From the UHGV virus genome UHGV-0037395: 64,000 nt of DNA. One strand, given 5' to 3'. This stretch comes from a virus. Shown piece by piece: positions 1 through 7,367 of this stretch; within the stretch, counting starts at the first letter, position 1; each line of letters starts with the position of its first letter. The translations under genes were made by a program, and so were the position numbers. The notes under the pieces were generated by a model, which had not been told where the DNA came from, made no database searches, and was given only the letters and a program-made list of their open reading frames with translations.

Positions 1-23
1 TGATAGTTTTTCTCACTTAGCTA

Positions 24-112
24 GATGATTTCTTATAGTTATTATTATAGTGGTGATGATTTCTTATAGTTATTATTATAGTGGTGATGATTTCTTATAG
101 TTATTATTTCTC
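24..112. repeat. About 2.8 tandem copies of a 31-bp AT-rich repeat (gatgatttcttatagttattattatagtggt)
   Basis: Direct reading: the unit starts at 24, 55 and 86 with period 31; the third copy diverges. Confidence 0.8.
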
Positions 113-797
113 ATTAATTTATATGTATATTATATATCATGAAATAGTTAGTTAGCTAATGAGATTTTCCGTGATTAATAGTCTGCTAATAATTCAGGTC
201 GTTACAATCCACCAGCATGATTATCATCCTAGCAATTATTAGTCTGCTGTCTTTCTAATACACAACAACAAATAAAAGTCAATTAATTTATTTTATAAAA
301 TAACTCGTTTAGTCTTGATTTTAAAAAGTCAATACCTTTTACAACTATTTTTCAATTTTGCTTTTGTTAAATATTTGTTAAATCGAAAATGAGCCGCCTA
401 AAACGCTTTCTAACGAGGTAAATTTTTCAGGTATCCCATCATAAAGGGATAGCCCGTTTATCGTCACCTGATGGATTCTAGAAAAATCAAGTAGGGCAAA
501 GCAAATATAAATGAAAAAATTACTTGCCTATCTGCTATGTTTTGTGGTATTCGCGCGCCCGTTTCTTTTAATTTTAATGCGCAGCGCCCAGGTCGCCGCA
601 CGGTGTCCGGTGAGTTTTGTCCTTACGTTTCTTTACAAAAATAAGGTTGCGCCATTTTCGGGAATCCCCTATTATTTATCACGTAGGGCGGCAATGACGA
701 ACTACACGGCGGGAAGTTTACCGCCACGCTCTTTAAAAATTGGGTACATCTTAAAGCCTATCGGCGGTAAACTTATACATTATAAGGAATCGACGAT

Positions 798-1001
798 ATG
801 AAACAAACGCTTTTGATCACTGGCAAGCCTATTAAGGCACTAGATAGCAAAACAAAAAATTTGTTGACAGTAGCTCAAAGATCAGTAAAATATAGATTCA
901 CGCAGTACAAGAAAGGCCGCCAGCAAGGTTTAGAAATGATCTGGCGCAATATTATGATTGACCTGAAGGAAAATCATAAAAAATTGCAAAAAATTGTTTG
1001 A
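798..1001 (+). CDS. Hypothetical small basic protein (67 aa) enclosed by the inverted repeat
   Basis: ORF track; K/R-rich sequence; no recognisable domain. Confidence 0.3.
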   Translation: MKQTLLITGKPIKALDSKTKNLLTVAQRSVKYRFTQYKKGRQQGLEMIWRNIMIDLKENHKKLQKIV

Positions 1002-1032
1002 CACCCTAGCCGATAGGCTTTAAGATGTACCC
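996..1032 (+). promoter_or_regulatory. Sigma70-like promoter TTGACA-N17-TAAGAT; its spacer and -10 lie inside the right IR arm
   Basis: TTGACAccctagccgataggcttTAAGAT read directly; the same TTGACAcc..TAAGAT architecture recurs at about 62202. Confidence 0.45.
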
Positions 1033-1153
1033 AGTTCGATAAGAGCGATAACTTGATAAAATTTGACGGTCGGTGCTTACCATAATGCATCCCGCCCCCT
1101 AACGGGATATAGCGGCCTACGTGGAGTTCTTTAAATTGATTATATTGGCGAGC

Positions 1154-1204
1154 GGATTGTTACTTATTACCTGCTACCTTCTAGCAGGTAATGCGGAACA
1201 ATCC
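1154..1204. promoter_or_regulatory. Compound palindrome (inner arms ttacctgcta/tagcaggtaa, outer arms ggattgtt/aacaatcc) upstream of ORF 1228; operator or leader hairpin
   Basis: Direct reading: 10-bp perfect inner arms with a 5-nt loop, plus 8-bp outer arms. Confidence 0.5.
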
Positions 1205-1227
1205 ATCAAATAACTGGAGTTTATATT

Positions 1228-1479
1228 ATGCAAAACGTTATTACCGCGCCTAAAATTGGTCAATCCGTCTTTATTCCTTTCGTTACTAAAACGGATGAAT
1301 TAACCGGAAAAGCCGAACGTATTAAAGGTGCGGCGCTTATGCCGTTCGATACAATCGACGCGGTATATGCTGAAAATGAACGCAGTAACAACGGCAAGCC
1401 GATTTATAACGTTCGCGTTAAATCCGGCGACGTTGTAAAGGTTGTTCAACGCAACGAAAAATGGGAAGCTGTATTGTAA
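1228..1479 (+). CDS. Pre-early hypothetical protein (83 aa)
   Basis: ORF with a GGAG-type RBS; followed by an 11-bp-stem hairpin at 1486-1530. Confidence 0.4.
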   Translation: MQNVITAPKIGQSVFIPFVTKTDELTGKAERIKGAALMPFDTIDAVYAENERSNNGKPIYNVRVKSGDVVKVVQRNEKWEAVL

Positions 1480-1577
1480 TGTAGTGTTAACTTTATATCC
1501 CCCTTATTTCAGGGGGATATAACGATTAACATTAAGTTAATCTAATCCCTTAAATTAAACTAATAGGAGTTTACATC

Positions 1578-1985
1578 ATGACTAACGCAAAAACCGCAAA
1601 ATTCGCATGGAATGAAGAAAACACTCAGAAAGCTGTTTCCATGTATCAACAGTTAATTAATGAAAACGGTTTAGATTTTGCAAATAGCGACGGCTTGAAA
1701 GAGATTGCAAAAGCAGTGGGCGCGGCTTCTCCCGTATCCGTTCGGTCAAAATTGACCAGCGCAAAAGCGTATCAAAAAAGCGATAAGCCTCGCAAAGTTG
1801 GCGGCGGTAGTTCAATCCGCAAAGCTCATTATGTACGCGTTATTGCAAAACACGCTATCGATTCCGGCATTATCAAAGATGCCGATGATCTGGCAAGCCT
1901 TGAAAGTGCAAAACTTGAAACGCTGGACGCAGTAGCGCAATTGTTAGGCGTTGCCGATGAAGTAAAACAGGCCGCAGGTGAATAA
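1578..1985 (+). CDS. Pre-early protein, possibly the A2-like DNA-binding protein (135 aa)
   Basis: Size and position next to A1 in a T5-like pre-early block; RBS taggagtttacatcATG. No motif-level proof. Confidence 0.4.
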   Translation: MTNAKTAKFAWNEENTQKAVSMYQQLINENGLDFANSDGLKEIAKAVGAASPVSVRSKLTSAKAYQKSDKPRKVGGGSSIRKAHYVRVIAKHAIDSGIIKDADDLASLESAKLETLDAVAQLLGVADEVKQAAGE

Positions 1986-1994
1986 ATTTAATTA

Positions 1995-2240
1995 GTGGGG
2001 ATTATTCCCCACTATAATTTCCCTTTGACTGGAGTTTTTAAAATGATCTTTTACCCTACTGAATCCTTAATTCTAGGATTATTTATTATGGCGGCCTCGT
2101 TATTGTTCGCTTATTTTCAAAATGATTTAGATTCGTATTATTTTAAACGTAAATCTAAGTTAGCAAAACGTTTAGGTCTTATTTGTTTTATTGCCGCCGT
2201 TGCTTGTGGTGTTAGTTCTAGCCTTATGCCTTTAAATTAA
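1995..2240 (+). CDS. Small membrane protein with two predicted TM helices (81 aa)
   Basis: Hydrophobic stretches LILGLFIMAASLLFAYF and LGLICFIAAVACGVSS. Confidence 0.35.
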   Translation: MGIIPHYNFPLTGVFKMIFYPTESLILGLFIMAASLLFAYFQNDLDSYYFKRKSKLAKRLGLICFIAAVACGVSSSLMPLN

Positions 2241-2329
2241 TGTTGCAAATTATAACGCCTAAATATGAGGCGTTATATTTGGCAATATTGCCATTATTAA
2301 CCTAATCCCTTTAATGGAGTTTTATTACT

Positions 2330-3994
2330 ATGATTATTTCCGCAGAAAAACAAACCGTTATCCTGAAAATGGCCGCTGACTTTAATTTCTATGGTAAACG
2401 TCTGCGCGCTACTAAACTGGAGGTCTGCGACGATATATCAAAAGCGGTATATGATACAACGAAACACTCGACCGCCATTTGCGATTGGTTGGAAGCAAAT
2501 AAACCAGCGAAACCAAAAGCGGCAAAAGTAGCAAAAGCCATTAAAAACGATGAGCGCCCCGAAGCGGCGGGGATTGTTTCTAGTACCGTGGAACAGTGGG
2601 AAGTAAAACAAGGTAAACGCTTTATTATTACGTCGATTCAGAATAATACTTTCCCGCATAAAAACTTTTTGGCCTCACTTGAACAATATGCCAAATTTAT
2701 CGGCGCTGATTTGCTTGTTTCTAAGTATATTTATAATAAAAACGGTTTTCAAAATGGGGAAGGTGCGGACGGAATCAAATATGATTCCGCGTTTGATAAA
2801 TATATTTGCAGCAAAAACGTGTTTTTAAATAACCGCCGTTTTGCTTTCATGGCTGAAATTAATGTTTTGCCCACCGCAGATTATCCGCTTTCAGGATTCG
2901 CAGAAACTGCAACGGCTTTAAACATTGAAGGGTTGGCAATTGGTCACGCTAAAATTACCGCCGAAAGCGTGCCAGCCTTAAAAGGTGAAGTAGTGCGCCG
3001 CATGTACTCAACCGGAACGGCAACGCTTAAAAACTACATTCAGCAGAAAGCAGGACAAAAGGCCGAAGCGCTGCATAATTTCGGTGCGCTTATTGTTGAG
3101 TTCGACGAGGACGGGGAATTTTTTGTACGCCAGCTCGAAACGATGGACGAAAGCGGGGTATTTTATGATCTGAATGTTTGCGCTACTCCTGCCGGATGCT
3201 ATGAAACATCGGGGCATGTTTTAGGCTTGCAATATGGCGACATCCACGCCGAAAAATTAGATGATGATTGTGCCGTTGCGTCATGGGCTGGCGAAAATAG
3301 CTTGCTTGATATTCTTAAACCAAAATATCAGTTTATCCATGACGTGCATGATTTTACATCGCGCAATCATCATAACCGTGCGTCCGGTGTATTCCTAGCA
3401 AAACAGTATGCCGCCGGACGTGACAAAGTTCTGGATGATTTGATCGATACGGGGCGCGTACTAGAATCAATGGAGCGCGATTTTAGTCAAACGATCATTG
3501 TCGAATCGAATCACGATTTGGCGCTATCTCGTTGGCTTGATGATCGTAATGCTAACATTAAAGACGATCCAGCCAACGCCGAACTGTATCACCGCCTTAA
3601 TGCTGCTATCTATGCAGCTATTGCAAGGCAGGATGATACTTTCAACGTGCTAGATTATGCGCTGCGTACGGTTGCAGGTTGCGAGTTTAACGCTATTTTC
3701 CTAACCACTGACCAATCTTTCAAGATTGCAGGTATTGAATGCGGCGTACACGGTCACAACGGCATTAACGGCAGCCGTGGTAATCCTAAGCAGTTTAAGA
3801 AATTGGGCAAATTAAACACGGGGCACACTCACACCGCCAGCATTTACGGCGGGGTATATACCGCTGGCGTAGCTGGTAGTCTGGATATGGGTTACAACGT
3901 TGGCGCGTCAAGCTGGACGCAAACGCATTTAATTACCTATGCAAACGGTCAGCGCACTTTGATTGACTTTAAGAACGGCAAGTTCTTTGCGTAA
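2330..3994 (+). CDS. A1: A1-like pre-early protein, calcineurin-like metallophosphoesterase (554 aa)
   Basis: Matches the size of T5 A1 (about 556 aa). Phosphoesterase motifs GDIHAE, GENSLLD, HDVHDF, ESNHD and GHTHT are visible in the translation. Confidence 0.65.
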   Translation: MIISAEKQTVILKMAADFNFYGKRLRATKLEVCDDISKAVYDTTKHSTAICDWLEANKPAKPKAAKVAKAIKNDERPEAAGIVSSTVEQWEVKQGKRFIITSIQNNTFPHKNFLASLEQYAKFIGADLLVSKYIYNKNGFQNGEGADGIKYDSAFDKYICSKNVFLNNRRFAFMAEINVLPTADYPLSGFAETATALNIEGLAIGHAKITAESVPALKGEVVRRMYSTGTATLKNYIQQKAGQKAEALHNFGALIVEFDEDGEFFVRQLETMDESGVFYDLNVCATPAGCYETSGHVLGLQYGDIHAEKLDDDCAVASWAGENSLLDILKPKYQFIHDVHDFTSRNHHNRASGVFLAKQYAAGRDKVLDDLIDTGRVLESMERDFSQTIIVESNHDLALSRWLDDRNANIKDDPANAELYHRLNAAIYAAIARQDDTFNVLDYALRTVAGCEFNAIFLTTDQSFKIAGIECGVHGHNGINGSRGNPKQFKKLGKLNTGHTHTASIYGGVYTAGVAGSLDMGYNVGASSWTQTHLITYANGQRTLIDFKNGKFFA

Positions 3995-4048
3995 TTAAAC
4001 TATTTCCCTAGCGGCTTGAAATATAGCCGCTGTTACAGGAGCCAAAAA

Positions 4049-4306
4049 ATGAAAGTTACATTACCCAAAACATTGGACGAAAAAGTATTCATTTCACCGG
4101 ATGAAATGGAATCCGATAAAGTTTACAGCTTCGGGCCTATCCTAGCCGCCAAAACTAATACTGATGGCATTATTTCCGTCGATTCCCGTGATAATGATAT
4201 TGTTCCTTTTGATGACGATGGCGCTTTTTATGAGTGGCTAAGCGATAACAATTTACCCGTAAACGGTGAATTAACGCCGTACCAGATGCAGATTATTATC
4301 AAATAA
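4049..4306 (+). CDS. Hypothetical protein; the likely true start is the internal Met, not the ORF-track start at 4016
   Basis: caggagccaaaaaATGaaag gives SD-appropriate spacing at 4049. Confidence 0.35.
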   Translation: MKVTLPKTLDEKVFISPDEMESDKVYSFGPILAAKTNTDGIISVDSRDNDIVPFDDDGAFYEWLSDNNLPVNGELTPYQMQIIIK

Positions 4307-4344
4307 ATTAAATCCATTATTAAACTAATTGGGGTTTTATAAAT

Positions 4345-4743
4345 ATGAAAAAGCAAAATATTCCATTCGATCGCGCTCAGTCTTCCATTGTTCTGGTTTA
4401 TTCTAATGGTGAACGTTACCACGTCGAGGCGGGGCACGTTATTGATGATCTGTTAGATTTCAATGACGCTTTGCAGGTTACTACCTTTGCCTATACGCAA
4501 GGCCGCGCAAGTAGCTACATTAAGGCCGCAGGTGTTTATGTTGACACGGTGAAACAAGAAACGATTATCATTGACGCCGTAAAATCCGGTCTAGCCTTTG
4601 CAGTTGTCGCGCCTTGCCTCGCTTGCCTCGATGATCAATTGATCAGCGCAAAAGTATATACCTGCGCGGGTATTCGTTCCCATGTATCAGGTGAGGATGT
4701 TAGTTTTATCGCTGATGCTCTTGCTTTTGGTCTGGCGTTCTAA
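4345..4743 (+). CDS. Hypothetical protein (132 aa)
   Basis: ORF with an RBS, followed by the hairpin tagcccactaat..attagtgggcta. Confidence 0.35.
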   Translation: MKKQNIPFDRAQSSIVLVYSNGERYHVEAGHVIDDLLDFNDALQVTTFAYTQGRASSYIKAAGVYVDTVKQETIIIDAVKSGLAFAVVAPCLACLDDQLISAKVYTCAGIRSHVSGEDVSFIADALAFGLAF

Positions 4744-4829
4744 TAGTTAATTGAACATAGCCCACTAATTATATTTTATTAGTGGGCTAGATTGAATTAA
4801 TCTAATCCCTTTAATGGAGAACGTAACAA

Positions 4830-5564
4830 ATGAATAAAGCTATTATGAATATTTCCCGCAGCTTCCCGCATATTTCCCGCGTTATGATTTGGGATTTAGA
4901 CGGCACTATTATTAATTCTTTCCATCGTGTAGCGCCTTGCTTTGATACCGAGGGCAATTTAGATTTAAATAAGTATAAAAATGAAGCCTGCAAACATCAT
5001 TTAATAATGCAAGATACTTTATTACCGTTAGTTGAATACATGCGCCAGTGCATGAATGACGCAAATACTTTAAACATTATTTGCACCGCTCGACTAATGA
5101 GCAAGTCGGACTATTATTATTTGCGTAAACAAGGGTTGCGCGGTCGTGGTGATAGTAATATCCGTGTATTTTCCCGCGACACACTGCATAAATATTTTAA
5201 AGCTGATAAGGTTAGCGAAATATACCACAGCAAAGACGCAGTATATAAATCTTATTATTTTGAATTATTTAAACAGTTATATCCGAACGCTGATTTTACA
5301 ATGATTGATGATCATAAAGGCGTACTATCAGCGGCAGCATCATACGGATTTAAAACGCTGGACGCTCAAGCCGTTAATGATATTCTATCAATCGGCGTGG
5401 CATTGATAGGTGAAACCTTTATTGATGAATCTCTCGACGATGATAATGATTATCAATTCCTAGCCGATCGTTTGAAATTATGTTGGGAAGGTATGACCGA
5501 AGAAGAACGCGCAGAATATAGTTGCAGCCCGCAACAATATATCGAGAAATTAAAAGTTGCGTAA
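4830..5564 (+). CDS. dmp: HAD-family 5'-deoxyribonucleotidase (Dmp-like), 244 aa
   Basis: N-terminal HAD motif I MIWDLDGTIINS. The size equals T5 Dmp and it sits in the pre-early block. Confidence 0.6.
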   Translation: MNKAIMNISRSFPHISRVMIWDLDGTIINSFHRVAPCFDTEGNLDLNKYKNEACKHHLIMQDTLLPLVEYMRQCMNDANTLNIICTARLMSKSDYYYLRKQGLRGRGDSNIRVFSRDTLHKYFKADKVSEIYHSKDAVYKSYYFELFKQLYPNADFTMIDDHKGVLSAAASYGFKTLDAQAVNDILSIGVALIGETFIDESLDDDNDYQFLADRLKLCWEGMTEEERAEYSCSPQQYIEKLKVA

Positions 5565-5581
5565 TAATTAAAGTTGAAATA

Positions 5582-5618
5582 GTTTCACCCTGCAATTAAA
5601 ATGGTTGCAGGGTGAAAC
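5582..5618. terminator. Hairpin with a 14-bp stem (gtttcaccctgcaa/ttgcagggtgaaac) between the convergent dmp and HNH genes
   Basis: Direct reading. Confidence 0.55.
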
Positions 5619-5738
5619 CATTACCCTGCTAATAGTAACGGGGGTGGCGGTTAGCAGACTAAGTATTCTCCCCCAACCCACTGGGCACACCCACGCGTAC
5701 GTAATCCAAAGAAATTGGCAAAAGTCAATATAGCGCTA

Positions 5739-6236
5739 TTAACGGGCATTAGCGAACTCACCATGAAGAATCTCACGAGCTATACTAAGATTTGAAACAG
5801 CTTCTTCGAGACTTTCAAAAGTTCCTATATTTACCATATTTCCGTCGACCCTGATTCTTGCTCGATATTTGCCCGAGCTTGTAAGAGTTACTCCCTTAAC
5901 CCCTGTAGACTCATTCTTCCACCCCGAAGAGTTTTTGCCATTCTCTGCATTTGTTGCTTTACGTAGGTTATTCCATCTATTGTTGAAAGGGTCTTGGTCT
6001 CTATGATCAATTAGAAACTCTACCGGATCTTCCCCTGTAACATATAGCCATGCCACCCGGTGGGCTTTAAACCTACCGAGTTTACCCATATATAAAGTTA
6101 AACCATCTTTTTCTTTACTGCCTGCTGGCTTACCTTTACGACTCCCTGAGTTCCAAGTAAATATACCGGTTTCAGGGTCATAATCAAATTTCTTCTGGTA
6201 TTCTGCTAATGGGAGTAAAGGTTTATGATTTGCCAT
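5739..6236 (-). CDS. HNH homing endonuclease with an AP2-like DNA-binding domain (165 aa)
   Basis: The HRVAWLYVTGEDP..IDHRDQDPFNNRWNNLR motif and the C-terminal GVKGVT..YRARI AP2-like segment. Paralogous to 39246..39722, 56500..57006 and 62268..62759. Confidence 0.6.
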   Translation of the reverse strand: MANHKPLLPLAEYQKKFDYDPETGIFTWNSGSRKGKPAGSKEKDGLTLYMGKLGRFKAHRVAWLYVTGEDPVEFLIDHRDQDPFNNRWNNLRKATNAENGKNSSGWKNESTGVKGVTLTSSGKYRARIRVDGNMVNIGTFESLEEAVSNLSIAREILHGEFANAR

Positions 6237-6441
6237 CTATCTTGAATCTCCTCCGAGAACTTCTTGAACCATCCGACCACTCCCGCTCAAATTCCGCACG
6301 TTTCTCGTCAAACTTCCGCTCCCTTTCCGCAATCTCCCGCGATACTTCCGCAATATATTTACGATGCTTGTTGATTGCCGCAGTCGTCCCGAAAACTCCC
6401 GCGAGTATCCCGATAATAAAAGCAATTATAATACTAAACAT
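6223..6441 (-). CDS. Small single-pass membrane protein with a charged C-terminal helix (72 aa)
   Basis: TM segment FSIIIAFIIGILAGVFG, then an R/E-rich helix. The overlapping + and alternative - ORFs were judged spurious. Confidence 0.4.
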   Translation of the reverse strand: MFSIIIAFIIGILAGVFGTTAAINKHRKYIAEVSREIAERERKFDEKRAEFEREWSDGSRSSRRRFKIDGKS

Positions 6442-6628
6442 CTAATTCCCTCTCAATTTGCAGAATACGGGTACTATCACAACGTTGCAATAATACTAGC
6501 TTTTCTAGAGCAACTTGTTGTTGTTTCACCTGAGCTTCTAGAGTTTTTAGGCGAATATACACGATACGAGAGGCAATGAGGATTACCCAGACTAATATTA
6601 CTATTAGTGTAACTGCCACTTCCATCAT
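6434..6628 (-). CDS. Small membrane protein: N-terminal TM plus a coiled-coil (64 aa)
   Basis: VAVTLIVILVWVILIA followed by a heptad-like LKTLEAQVKQQQVALEKL segment. Confidence 0.4.
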   Translation of the reverse strand: MMEVAVTLIVILVWVILIASRIVYIRLKTLEAQVKQQQVALEKLVLLQRCDSTRILQIERELDV

Positions 6629-6709
6629 TTACGTTTCTCCGATAGTAAGGTTTCAATTCTAGCTAAGTGATTATCACAATCCCCAGTATTGCAATAATTA
6701 CCAATTCCA

Positions 6710-6838
6710 TTAGATCCACCCCGCCATAGCTGCTAACCAAAAACCTACGAAGATTAGGAATAATACAAAACCAAATCCGTAAATATTAACCCACGCTTCG
6801 TACACTTCTCCGCGTCTGTTCTTTCTTTTATTTGACAT
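6710..6838 (-). CDS. Small membrane peptide (42 aa); not in the ORF track, hand-translated
   Basis: MSNKRKNRRGEVYEAWVNIYGFGFVLFLIFVGFWLAAMAGWI, with a GGGAG SD about 10 nt upstream. Confidence 0.35.
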   Translation of the reverse strand: MSNKRKNRRGEVYEAWVNIYGFGFVLFLIFVGFWLAAMAGWI

Positions 6839-7015
6839 ATCTTTCGTACTCCCGTAAATGTGGTATTTTAAATTATTTTATAATTTGTGCATAACCAACC
6901 ATGCTTGTGACTTCCTAGAAGGACTTCTACTTTTCTTACATAGTGGTTTCTGCCAATATACCATCCAAAAAATAAAAAATTTAGTTTACTTGGATGTCTT
7001 TTTGCTTTATACTAA

Positions 7016-7282
7016 TTACAGGTAGTTAGATTGCTCTAGTTTAAATTTACAATCACCATATTTAAGGTCAAACTGACTGAGATCCCACCACCCAAATTTA
7101 GTACGGAGTTGTACTACTGGGAAGCGATCTCCCTTAATACGAACTTTTTGAACCTTGAGGCCGTAATGTTCTTCTCCTGCACCTCCAAAAGATTTTACAA
7201 ATCCCGTACAAAATGGTTTGGGAGCAGGTGCACAACCAGATAACATAACTGCGGCAACTAGTGCAATCACAAACTTTTTCAT
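7016..7282 (-). CDS. llp: Llp-like lytic-conversion lipoprotein (receptor-blocking superinfection exclusion), 88 aa
   Basis: Signal peptide plus a lipobox (LSGC). It sits divergent from and immediately next to the RBP gene, as llp/oad do in T5. Confidence 0.6.
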   Translation of the reverse strand: MKKFVIALVAAVMLSGCAPAPKPFCTGFVKSFGGAGEEHYGLKVQKVRIKGDRFPVVQLRTKFGWWDLSQFDLKYGDCKFKLEQSNYL

Positions 7283-7345
7283 ATTTATCTCTCCATTTCT
7301 AATTTATGAATCTATTATAGCAAAATAGAGGGATGAAAGCAAATA
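7283..7345 (-). promoter_or_regulatory. T5-type early sigma70 promoter for llp (TTGCTT-N17-TATAAT-AGATTCATAAATT)
   Basis: Reverse-complement reads ttgctttcatccctctattttgcTATAATagattcataaattagaaatggagagataaatATG. Confidence 0.6.
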
Positions 7346-7367
7346 CATTTTTATAATAGGAGATTAT

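Larger units (their letters stand above)
741..1033. repeat. 25-bp perfect inverted repeat (arms 741-765 and 1009-1033) bracketing the small ORF 798..1001
   Basis: The exact reverse complement was verified by hand; spacer is 243 bp. Confidence 0.85.

Noticed and set aside
6209-6579. Overlapping + strand ORFs 6209..6445 and 6364..6579 and the alternative - ORF 6237..6425 in the small-membrane-protein region.
   Set aside because: They overlap the more plausible - strand TM-protein ORFs (SD present, co-oriented with llp and the HNH gene). Their translations are Arg/Ser-rich without hydrophobic cores, so they are probably spurious.
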